Assembly (NCBI GenBank): GCA_049513175.1
Contig: JBEKWK010000002.1
Span: 1 to 33,590 of the forward strand
Origin: FCB group bacterium
Lineage (GTDB): Bacteria; Bacteroidota; Ignavibacteria; Kapaibacteriales; UBA2268
Length of the DNA stretch: 33,590 nucleotides
Direction of reading: 5' to 3'
The notes under the pieces are model-generated. The model was given only the letters and a program-made list of their open reading frames with translations, did no database searches and was not told the DNA's origin. The position numbers were made by a program, and so were the translations under genes. Shown here in pieces: positions 25,485 through 33,590 of the stretch. Position 1 is the first letter of the stretch. The number at the start of each line of letters is the position of its first letter.

Positions 25485-25725
25485 TATATTCTGCTATAAA
25501 GTTCTAATCTATTATCAGAAATTCTCTCCTGATTATCAATAATTTCAGTCAAATGTAACTTCTGACTTAACAAGAATTATGAATGAAAAGGAGTGAATTA
25601 ACATGTTGAGCGAAGTTAATCCATTTCTATTTTATCCAGCAAGTTTTATTAATAACATTTAACCGCAGAGTACGCTAAGTATAAGCAAAGTTTCGCAAAG
25701 TAAGAAGAGTCATAATATTTTCTCT

Positions 25726-25786
25726 GGTTATCAAGCTCCTTCTTTGTAACCCAAACTAAGATGTTCCCAAGCGGGAGCTTGGGAAC
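25726..25786. repeat. Two-hairpin family-A composite (left hairpin degenerate)
   Basis: ggttatcaagc-tcct-tctttgtaacc (decayed) and gttcccaagc-ggga-gcttgggaac (25763-25786, perfect). The linker aaactaag is the same as at 13670-13678. Confidence 0.85.
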
Positions 25787-25834
25787 AAGGAAGAAGATGG
25801 ATTCTTCGCTACGTTCAGAATGACTTTCTTTTTC

Positions 25835-25864
25835 TAACAACTAACAACCATCAACTAACAACTG
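25835..25864. repeat. 7-bp tandem array (CAACTAA-type, complement of the 6308 array)
   Basis: The sequence is taacaactaacaaccatcaactaacaactg. Confidence 0.8.
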
Positions 25865-25867
25865 TTT

Positions 25868-26509
25868 TCAGTACTGAACTTGTATTGTAGCCAGGATTGA
25901 TTGGAAATATTTGTCAATATCCTCTTTTTCCGGTATTTTCTTGCCGGATATATTCATGGGTATAAGTGTGATTTCGTAATATTGATTTATTGAGGAGACG
26001 AAAACGGCAGATTGAGCCTTGGCACTGTTTCCCGTAGCAAAATAATTAAATTCGGCTAATGGGAAACTACCCATCTGAATTGTTGAATAAACCCCGTTTT
26101 GCTTGACTGCTCCCGCAGTTTTTCTTTCATGCCTGTCGAAAGCTATCCTGGCAAGTCCCAGCAAGCCTTCTTTTGAAACAACACTGTCAATGCGGTCTGT
26201 TTTCCTGATGACGGAAAACACGGCACTCAAGGTATAATCGGGATTCACCGCCACGGCGAAAATATCCGAAGAAGCTTTTTCCTCGACATCTACGAAAAAC
26301 CAGTCTTTCGGAAGGAAAGCTATCATATCGCCTTTTTTGGAGCGGACATGCACGTCTGACATCTCCATTAATGGCTTTGGGCTTAGCGTTACAGACGATA
26401 CCGCTTCGTATTTGCTTTCGCGCTTTACGATTATGCAACTGTCAATTATAAAATTTAAAGAGAGAAAAATTAAAATAAATTTTATAAATTGTATATATTG
26501 TTTTCGCAT
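25868..26509 (-). CDS. Hypothetical lipoprotein (213 aa)
   Basis: Signal peptide with a Cys lipobox (LNFIIDS-C). The G+C content looks like the housekeeping genes. I recognise no family motif. Confidence 0.7.
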   Translation of the reverse strand: MRKQYIQFIKFILIFLSLNFIIDSCIIVKRESKYEAVSSVTLSPKPLMEMSDVHVRSKKGDMIAFLPKDWFFVDVEEKASSDIFAVAVNPDYTLSAVFSVIRKTDRIDSVVSKEGLLGLARIAFDRHERKTAGAVKQNGVYSTIQMGSFPLAEFNYFATGNSAKAQSAVFVSSINQYYEITLIPMNISGKKIPEKEDIDKYFQSILATIQVQY

Positions 26510-26679
26510 ATTTTATCAATATTTCTTGTAAATATATGCAAAATTAAGTAAAATAATAGGAACATTGAAATTATATAAAAATATATAGAAAATAAAAATT
26601 GACTTAATAACGTCAAATATAGCGATTTTGTTATTTTTAATAAAGGATTTTTATAAAGCGGGTTTTTACTTATTAGAAA

Positions 26680-29600
26680 ATGTTTATAAAAAAAGATTAT
26701 ATTAAAATCTTACTGTTTGTTATAATCAGCCTTCCTGTAATGAACTCGCAAAGCTATGCACAGGCGTGGGAAAAAATAACTACAATACCTCCGCCTTATG
26801 ACAAGGGATATTATCTCTATACATACTTTCTGCCTCCTCCTAATCAAAATTTCGGTTGGATTTGCGGTCTCCAAGGACTTACTTTAAGAACGACAGACGG
26901 GGGCAATACATGGGCAGGCTCAAAAATACCTGGTGCTGACCACATGGAATCCATCGAATTTGCTGACCAGAATACCGGCTATTGTTCCGGAGTACAGGGA
27001 ATCTATAAATCGGTTGATGGAGGTGCAAGCTGGTCTTCGGTCACACCACTCGGCGCTCCTTCCGAATTATGGGGAAGTTGTTTTCTCAATGCTAATTATG
27101 GTGTCGTTGTCGGTGGGGGCTGTCTAAACGTACAATATTTCTTTTTAACTACAGACGGAGGTGCAAACTGGTCTGTTTATATTGATTCTATTCCTTACAG
27201 CGGTTTAAGGGATGTTTTTATATATGGACCGGGTCCAATAGGAGAGGGTTATGCTGTCAGCAGTGGTTATATTTGGCAAACTTTAGACGGTGGGGCTACA
27301 TGGAATACCAGTGCTACAATTACTTCATCTGATTGGCAGGAACGACTTAATCATATCGGTTCTTCCTTTCTTGTTTCAGATGCAGGAAACGATTGCCAGG
27401 CTCAGGGATTTGGCGGAGGCATGCATTTTTCAACAGATAACGGATATTCCTGGACACCTTACTCAACCGGTCATAGGATGTTCGGTACTTTTCTAATGGA
27501 CGACCATACGGGATGGGCTTCAGGAGATAATCAATCCGTATATTTTACTTCCGATGCCGGTCAACACTGGGTTTTGAGAAATTGTGGTATCGAAGGAGGT
27601 AACCTCGATGATATTTATTTCCGGGATGCTAATACCGGATGGGTTGTTGGTGATGGAGTTTATAGATTAGGTCCGGACCGGCAAAATGTTTCCAGAACAA
27701 ATATTAATTACCAGGTTCTTTGCATACCCGGAGAACTGACTGATTCTTTATATATAAAAAACTATTCATTTATTAATTCAACATCCGTAAGCCTGACTAT
27801 TACCGGTAATGATGCCGCCGATTACAGCATAGTGTTTCCTGGTGCAAATTTCGATATAAATGCTTGCGATTCAATGAAAATTATTATTCAATTCAAGCCC
27901 GGAGCCATAGGTCTGAAAAAAGCTAATCTGCATATCTCCGCACAGCCGACTAATAATCAATTTGACATAAGCTTAATCGGTTCGGCTACCCGTTCGACCT
28001 CTGTTCCGAAAGATACATTGATAATTATTCCAAACACCCGTTGCGGAGTCTTTACTTTTGATTCACTGCAATGGCAGACTACCAATTATGACGAAAGCAT
28101 TAAAAGTATAGTAAATTTATCGGGTAGTTTCGATATATCGGCAAGCGGCATTTTTCCTCTTTCAATTACATTTCCGGGCATTTATTCGAAATTCAGGGCA
28201 AAGCCTATTGATACAGGCTGGGTTATATCACGGTTCAGGGCGACGATTTTACCCTGCAATGTAGATACTTTCATTACGGTAATGGCTTATGGAGTTTCAC
28301 CGATAATTAATGCCTCACCAAGTATTAATGCGAGCCTTCTGTGCAGGGATTCGGAAATTTATTCCATTCCTGTAAAAAATACGGGGAATGACAGCTTGTT
28401 TATAAGTTCATTGGATTTGATTGACCTGAGTGCAGGATACAGGGTAATTGGCTGGACTAACGGCAACAGGGTTGGCGATACAATCCTTCCAAAAGAAACC
28501 GATACCTTACTGGTTCTATTTCTGCCCAAGGGATATGGAACATTCGCCACCAGCCTACTTATAGGAAATAATGATTCCACGAGCATAAGGGGCGTGAAAA
28601 ATCCCTATATAATCTCATTTAACGGGACACATTCAAATACACACCTGTTTGGTGCCGATACCATAATTGATTTGGGTGTTCTTTGTCTTGGTGATACGGT
28701 CAAAACAAATATTCATATAGGTAATTCCGGTGATATAAGGGCAATAGTTTCAAAACCGGTTTACGATGCAAAAGTATTAAATATTGACATAGCCCCGTGG
28801 ACCTATCCCTTATACCTGAAATCTAAGGATTCTATTCCTTGCAGGTTAACATATTATACGCATGACAAGCCGGGGCAGTATTTCGATACCATAATACTTC
28901 CTTCGACTCCTTGCTTTGATTCATTAAGGATTATATTTAAATCAAATGTCATTCAATCGAGTGTTACTTTAAATCCGAATATTATTTCCGGTATTGCCCA
29001 GGCTAAATCTATATATGCAAAAACAGCAGTGGCTACTAATACAGGTACGGATACAATAACTATTTCTGCTGTAAATATTGTACCGCCGGCTACTGACTGG
29101 ACTTTCAGCTTTACTCCTGCTCTGCCGGTAAGTATAGCACCGGGAGACAGCATCATATTCAATCTCAATTTTAAGACAGATATAGATACTACTTTAAAAG
29201 GAAATCTTGTTTTCCGGACACAAAGCAAATGCCCTGTTAATCCTATGTTAGCATTAGATTTAATCAGCCGCACAATCTTTCTGGAAACATCTGCAACTGC
29301 ACTGGATTTTGGTTATAACAAATGCCTTGCAGTAAATTTTAATGATACGATAACCATTACAAATAAAGGCTCTATACCTGATACCTTAACTAAGCTCTAT
29401 TTAACTCCGAATTTACCATTTACCATAACAAATTTGCCTGCACTGCCTTTGCCATTGGATATAGGGCAATCCGTTACGCTTATTATCGGATTTAATAATC
29501 CAAATGAAGGAAATTTCAATGCTGACCTAAATATTGAATCTGTGAATTTGCTTGGAAAACCGATGAGTATTCCCGTTCACGGTGAATTCAGAACTGTGAA

Positions 29601-30939
29601 TACCGCTCCTACTACTATTGTCCATGATTTTGGAGATGTTGAAATATGCGATACAAACAGGACAATTTCAGTCGAAATATATAATAAAGGTACAATAGCA
29701 GATACTTTGATGATAAACAGGAATAATAAGCTCAACGGCTTTGATATTTTACCTTCAAATTCGTTGCCAATTAACGGCAATGACAGTATATCAGTGAGTA
29801 TGACACTAATTCCGCCAGGCTTCGGAAATGCAGGGCAGTTTACAGAAATAATTCCTTTGAACAGTATTGTCTGTCCCAATATCGGCAGTATAAAATTAAC
29901 TGCTAATATAATAAGACCACGGCTTACAATAACTCCGGGTAATCTCGATTATGGAAATATCTGGAAAGATGATAGTATAACAAAATATATTAACATCAGC
30001 AACCGGAGCGGTTATAAGAAAAACGTTGATGGAATTGAAATTATTCCCGATTCCGGATTTTATAAATTTAATTATAATTTGCCTGCGGCACTGCTTCCGG
30101 GTGATTTGATAACCATTCCCGTTACTTTTACTGCAACGGCGGAAGGAAATCATCCTGCTGTAGTCAATATCTTTGAATCTTCAGTCTGCTTCGATACAAC
30201 TCTTGTACCATTATCAGCGAATGTTCCGAAGGAAGCTTATACAACAACTATTAAAATAGGCAAATATACCGTTTCACCCGGCGATACAATTCATGTGCTT
30301 GTCGAATTACTCGATTCCGTGCCGCGAGTCAAGCCTACTCAAGTGGATTTTGAATTTTCATTTTATGACAAGATGTTCTATCCGTTTGAATTGCTCTATT
30401 CGACGGGCAGCAGCTCTTTCAGCATTCCATTTACTTATTCACCGGGGAAAATGACAGGGACAATTCCACAGCAATATGCCGTCAATATTTTCCAAATGCC
30501 TGGTCCTATACTCGATATTAAAGGAATGGGATTCATTGCTATTCCTGATACGACTACGTTATATATAGATAAATTCGAGCCACAGACGAATAAGCCAATC
30601 ACAATAAACAAGCAAAACGGCTTTCTTGAGGTTACGAATTACTGTACACCTTTGGCGAATTTCCCGATTGGCTTAATGCCGACCGTGAGCCTTAAATTAA
30701 TGAATAACATTGTTTCAAGCGAACTGACTTTAAAAGCCACAAGCACGCAAACCGTTCCGGTTAATTTCATCATACAAGATTTGCTCGGAAACACCGTTCT
30801 GAACAGTATAATCAACATTTCAGACGCATCCAATGAATTCAAAATTGATATTTCATCTCTTCCAAACGGTATTTACTTCATGACTTCAGTCATTCCTTAT
30901 GCCTATCCAAAGAGAGATAAGATAATAAAGATATATTAG
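26680..30939 (+). CDS. Giant secreted protein (1419 aa): N-terminal Ycf48/BNR-like propeller, multiple PapD/ASH ('choice-of-anchor D'-like) Ig-fold domains, T9SS C-terminal sorting domain
   Basis: Signal peptide (SQSYA-QA). Six Asp-boxes lie in the first ~330 aa (TTDGGNTW, SVDGGASW, TTDGGANW, TLDGGATW, STDNGYSW, TSDAGQHW). Recurring LDFG/HDFG/LDYG-x-V...I-x-N-x-G-x-x-x-L modules follow. The C-terminus has FIIQDLLGN ... NGIYFMTS. Confidence 0.88.
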   Translation: MFIKKDYIKILLFVIISLPVMNSQSYAQAWEKITTIPPPYDKGYYLYTYFLPPPNQNFGWICGLQGLTLRTTDGGNTWAGSKIPGADHMESIEFADQNTGYCSGVQGIYKSVDGGASWSSVTPLGAPSELWGSCFLNANYGVVVGGGCLNVQYFFLTTDGGANWSVYIDSIPYSGLRDVFIYGPGPIGEGYAVSSGYIWQTLDGGATWNTSATITSSDWQERLNHIGSSFLVSDAGNDCQAQGFGGGMHFSTDNGYSWTPYSTGHRMFGTFLMDDHTGWASGDNQSVYFTSDAGQHWVLRNCGIEGGNLDDIYFRDANTGWVVGDGVYRLGPDRQNVSRTNINYQVLCIPGELTDSLYIKNYSFINSTSVSLTITGNDAADYSIVFPGANFDINACDSMKIIIQFKPGAIGLKKANLHISAQPTNNQFDISLIGSATRSTSVPKDTLIIIPNTRCGVFTFDSLQWQTTNYDESIKSIVNLSGSFDISASGIFPLSITFPGIYSKFRAKPIDTGWVISRFRATILPCNVDTFITVMAYGVSPIINASPSINASLLCRDSEIYSIPVKNTGNDSLFISSLDLIDLSAGYRVIGWTNGNRVGDTILPKETDTLLVLFLPKGYGTFATSLLIGNNDSTSIRGVKNPYIISFNGTHSNTHLFGADTIIDLGVLCLGDTVKTNIHIGNSGDIRAIVSKPVYDAKVLNIDIAPWTYPLYLKSKDSIPCRLTYYTHDKPGQYFDTIILPSTPCFDSLRIIFKSNVIQSSVTLNPNIISGIAQAKSIYAKTAVATNTGTDTITISAVNIVPPATDWTFSFTPALPVSIAPGDSIIFNLNFKTDIDTTLKGNLVFRTQSKCPVNPMLALDLISRTIFLETSATALDFGYNKCLAVNFNDTITITNKGSIPDTLTKLYLTPNLPFTITNLPALPLPLDIGQSVTLIIGFNNPNEGNFNADLNIESVNLLGKPMSIPVHGEFRTVNTAPTTIVHDFGDVEICDTNRTISVEIYNKGTIADTLMINRNNKLNGFDILPSNSLPINGNDSISVSMTLIPPGFGNAGQFTEIIPLNSIVCPNIGSIKLTANIIRPRLTITPGNLDYGNIWKDDSITKYINISNRSGYKKNVDGIEIIPDSGFYKFNYNLPAALLPGDLITIPVTFTATAEGNHPAVVNIFESSVCFDTTLVPLSANVPKEAYTTTIKIGKYTVSPGDTIHVLVELLDSVPRVKPTQVDFEFSFYDKMFYPFELLYSTGSSSFSIPFTYSPGKMTGTIPQQYAVNIFQMPGPILDIKGMGFIAIPDTTTLYIDKFEPQTNKPITINKQNGFLEVTNYCTPLANFPIGLMPTVSLKLMNNIVSSELTLKATSTQTVPVNFIIQDLLGNTVLNSIINISDASNEFKIDISSLPNGIYFMTSVIPYAYPKRDKIIKIY

Positions 30940-30999
30940 TTTTTTTCTTGTCCACAAATATCTAATTAACACTTAGATTTGGGCTCTGATATTTCATTT

Positions 31000-31164
31000 A
31001 TCCCGTTAGGGATTATATTATAGTAACAATAAACCTCCAGGTCGAGCATTATCCCGTCAAGGATTATATTATGGAAACAGGTATCATCTATAATATAATC
31101 ACTATGTGATATTGTACTTTGGTGGTGTGGTTTTGTTATCATAATATAATCACTACGTGATATT
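31000..31164. repeat. 165-bp dyad-symmetric block of four 22-24-bp hairpin+TATATTAT modules (two forward, two reverse)
   Basis: The four modules are atcccgttagggattatattat (31000-21), atcccgtcaaggattatattat (31051-72), ataatataatcactatgtgatatt (31090-113) and ataatataatcactacgtgatatt (31141-64). Both pairs are spaced exactly 51 bp, and the symmetry centre is at ~31082. Confidence 0.85.
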
Positions 31165-31227
31165 TAGGAAATCTTTCACAATTAGGAGCTTAAAAATGGG
31201 AGCATATTTCTCATCTTTTTTCCCTTC

Positions 31228-32526
31228 CTATTTAGTTATAATAAGTTTAAAAACTAAGGAAAGGTGCGGGTTCTGCACTTTTATAAAATAAGTGCCGGAA
31301 CCAATCTGCGAAACATCGAGATCAATGTTTTGCTCTCCACTTTGCAGAAATTTATTAAATAAATATTGAATTTGATTCCCATTTATATCTGTTAAGATGA
31401 TGTTAGTAATACTAGGTTCTTGTAATACTAATTGTAAATTTACCTCACCAGTAGTAGGATTTGGGTAAATGGTTTGTTTTATTAAATCAGGATTTTCGTG
31501 AACTGGTGTACCATTATAATTAGCTGATAACAGATATAAATAATATGCGATGCTTGTTATTATTTTTTTTCCGTCATGACTTATATTGATATTTTGGAAT
31601 GAACCACCATAAGGATAATGGTAAGATTGAATACCTGTTGACATATCCCATATATTTAGTAAATTTGCAGGTACACCATTTGATGTTACCAAATACTTAT
31701 CATCTGGTGAAAATTCAATACCTGTCAGGCTTGGTCCGTTTATTGCCAATTTCCATAATAATTGCTTAGTGGTGAAATTATATACTTCTACCCCATTAGT
31801 AGCATCAAGTCCTGCGAATGCAATTAATGAGCAATTATGCGATAATATACTTATGTCCTTGTCTTCAAAAGCATTTATACTATCTAAAGTATTAAAATCA
31901 TATATACATTGATTATATTTCTCATCATATTGTGGTGGACTACTTGAGACTAAATAAGTTTTCACAATAGTTACCAAAATACCTGTATTGTTGCATACAA
32001 TTGCAATCGTTGGTAATGTAAAGTTTGTTAAATTAGCTTCGGGTTTGAATAAATTTTTTGTTCTTAAAATTTTCTTCGTTTTTAAATCCAAAATTCTAAA
32101 CCCTGCATCTGCAACAGAAACAAAATAGTTTCCATCTTTAGAAACTTTTGCATTCCCTAAAATTTTCCCATCGTTTTCAAGGGAATCAATAACAAGGTAT
32201 GTCTTTGCATCGAATATCTCGAATTTCGTTCTCGCCTGATTAAGTCTAATGAAGTTAGAATCATTGTTAATGAAGAAAACTTCATTGTTCCCGTCAATCC
32301 TGTGAATTTCCTGACCTGTTTTTGCATCAATAAACAAGTCTTGAGTATATCCGTGTGCAGCAATCAGCGAATCAGTAATGCTGAATTTTACCATGTAAAA
32401 ACCCATACCCTGGTCTTTAATTTCATTAGACCAAATAAGGTCAGTGGAATCCTGCGGCTTTGGCTGTGCGTTCCCCTGCATTGCAGCCAAAGTAAGAATT
32501 ATAATCAGAACTATTTTGAGTTTCAT
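31228..32526 (-). CDS. Secreted beta-propeller-like (WD40/TolB-like) protein with T9SS C-terminal sorting domain
   Basis: I prefer the start at 32526 (MKLKIVLIIILTLAAMQGNA-Q). Repeated strand-rich units occur (IEFSPDDKYLVTS, ISHDGKKIITS). The C-terminus has IYPNPTTGEVNLQL ... IILTDINGN ... GTYFIKVQ. Confidence 0.8.
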   Translation of the reverse strand: MKLKIVLIIILTLAAMQGNAQPKPQDSTDLIWSNEIKDQGMGFYMVKFSITDSLIAAHGYTQDLFIDAKTGQEIHRIDGNNEVFFINNDSNFIRLNQARTKFEIFDAKTYLVIDSLENDGKILGNAKVSKDGNYFVSVADAGFRILDLKTKKILRTKNLFKPEANLTNFTLPTIAIVCNNTGILVTIVKTYLVSSSPPQYDEKYNQCIYDFNTLDSINAFEDKDISILSHNCSLIAFAGLDATNGVEVYNFTTKQLLWKLAINGPSLTGIEFSPDDKYLVTSNGVPANLLNIWDMSTGIQSYHYPYGGSFQNINISHDGKKIITSIAYYLYLLSANYNGTPVHENPDLIKQTIYPNPTTGEVNLQLVLQEPSITNIILTDINGNQIQYLFNKFLQSGEQNIDLDVSQIGSGTYFIKVQNPHLSLVFKLIITK

Positions 32527-32599
32527 ATATAAACCCTTCATAATATTTATATTAAATTAATAAATAAAAATATGAAAACAAAATAATTTTTTACATCCT

Positions 32600-32700
32600 G
32601 AACAGACGAGGGTGTCAGTTCTACTATTTTTTGGTAGCTCAGACGCCCCCGTCTGAGCATATTTTTTCCACCCCCTTTATCCCCCGCCGGCGGGAGACAA
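32600..32700. repeat. Concatenated modules D + C + E2
   Basis: The three modules are gaacagacgagggtgtcagttctact (32600-25), gctcagacg-cccc-cgtctgagc (32637-58) and tcccccgc-cg-gcgggaga (32680-97, one mismatch). Each matches a copy elsewhere in the window. Confidence 0.85.
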
Positions 32701-32718
32701 CCACAATGATGTTATATT

Positions 32719-33590
32719 TTATCTGTAATAAACCATTGGTATCACATTTCTTTGATTACCTGCACTCAATTCGCAGAAATAAACACCATCGGTAAGGCTT
32801 TGATTGGTAGGTTCCCAGTTTAATTTATGATTTCCGTATTCGAGAAAATTATCTTCTAAGGTTTGTATGAGTGTTCCAAGATTATTATAAATTTTAATTG
32901 TGCAATGAGATGAAATAGGTAAATAAAACTCAATATTTTCAATTGTTGAGAATGGATTTGGATAACAATTCAATTCATAAGATAAATTATTGTTATAATC
33001 TATGGCAGAGCTTTGGGGTTCGGTAGTTAGTTTAGTAACGAAACAATCCCAATCACCTCCGAAAGCAGTCTGAAATGCGTCAGGTGATGTCGGGTAATTT
33101 AGAGAGTTTGTTTCCCCCGTCGCATAAATATTTCCATGTGAATCCAGTGCTACTGCGTTAATCCAGCTATCTGCCTTACCACCTATATATGAGGAATATG
33201 AAATTGCTGAACCTTGTGCATTTAATTTAGTAATTGTACAGTCAAATGCTCCGCCGCTGAATTTAGTCTGAAAAGCTCCCTTTGTTGTTGGATAATCATC
33301 TGAACCGGTTTCACCGGCTATATAAGCATTACCTACCGAATCCAGTACAATCGAATTAGCATAATCTGAGCCTGTTCCTCCAATATAAGTAGAATAAACA
33401 TGAGACGAACCCGATGGCTCCATTTTCGTAACGAAACAATCGAGACCTCCTCCTCCGTAGTTAGTTTGGTATGCACTCTTTGTAACCGGGTAATCTGTCG
33501 AATTAGTATTTCCGCAAACATAAATATTACCGCTTGTGTCCAAAATAATTGCATTTCCCCAATCATCGCCTGAACCTCCCAAATATGTGG
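32719..33590 (-). CDS. SBBP (beta-propeller) repeat protein with T9SS C-terminal sorting domain; the N-terminus lies outside the window
   Basis: The ORF is open to the window end. Repeated units follow GGxGxDxxNxIxLDSxGNxYxxGxTxSxDYPxTxxAFQTxxxGGxxDCFVTKL. The C-terminus has CYPNPFSTIENIEFYL ... IKIYNNLGT ... GVYFCELSAG. Confidence 0.88.
   Translation of the reverse strand, partial: TYLGGSGDDWGNAIILDTSGNIYVCGNTNSTDYPVTKSAYQTNYGGGGLDCFVTKMEPSGSSHVYSTYIGGTGSDYANSIVLDSVGNAYIAGETGSDDYPTTKGAFQTKFSGGAFDCTITKLNAQGSAISYSSYIGGKADSWINAVALDSHGNIYATGETNSLNYPTSPDAFQTAFGGDWDCFVTKLTTEPQSSAIDYNNNLSYELNCYPNPFSTIENIEFYLPISSHCTIKIYNNLGTLIQTLEDNFLEYGNHKLNWEPTNQSLTDGVYFCELSAGNQRNVIPMVYYR

Noticed and set aside
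31000-31164. 51-bp-period repeats considered as a mini-CRISPR.
   Set aside because: There are only two units per orientation and they are arranged as an inverted duplication. The 'spacers' are partly complementary to each other, and no cas genes are present.

Overview
This is a 33.6-kb, low-GC chromosomal fragment that looks like an FCB-superphylum bacterium (Bacteroidota/Ignavibacteriota-like). Seven of 23 predicted proteins end in a type-A T9SS C-terminal sorting domain. The genetic code is standard, and SD-like GGAG/AGGTG boxes precede only some genes. I call 23 CDS, two of them cut by the window edges. Housekeeping-type genes are an MFS transporter, an NmrA-like protein, nadB, a VOC-fold protein, two tandem membrane-anchored dihaem cytochromes c, and a DUF1800/DUF1501 pair. 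There is also a BrnT/BrnA toxin-antitoxin pair, and an ORF6N (KilA-N-related) gene next to two unknown small paralogues. The rest is a dense collection of secreted repeat/beta-propeller proteins: a 20-Asp-box BNR protein, a 14-blade Reg_prop protein, a 1419-aa Ycf48-like propeller with PapD/ASH-like domains, a WD40-like protein, an SBBP protein, and a Cys-laced CarboxypepD_reg-like repeat lipoprotein. I found no rRNA, tRNA, CRISPR array, transposase, integrase, reverse transcriptase or recognisable defence enzyme, so there is no canonical 'system' I can name. The gene list does not explain the intergenic DNA. Nearly every gap is built from a small vocabulary of GC-rich perfect hairpins plus AT-rich 7-bp tandem arrays, re-used in both orientations and in changing combinations. 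The best novelty candidates are: (1) that modular repeat system; (2) the ORF6N gene bracketed by 65-bp direct repeats with a third copy of their palindrome inside the CDS; (3) the duplicated cytochrome c transcription unit divergent from a Tat-signal + T9SS-CTD DUF1501; (4) sensor-type and Cys-quartet repeat proteins re-deployed as surface cargo. Everything beyond motif-level family recognition is inference from reading the sequence by eye. No database search was run.
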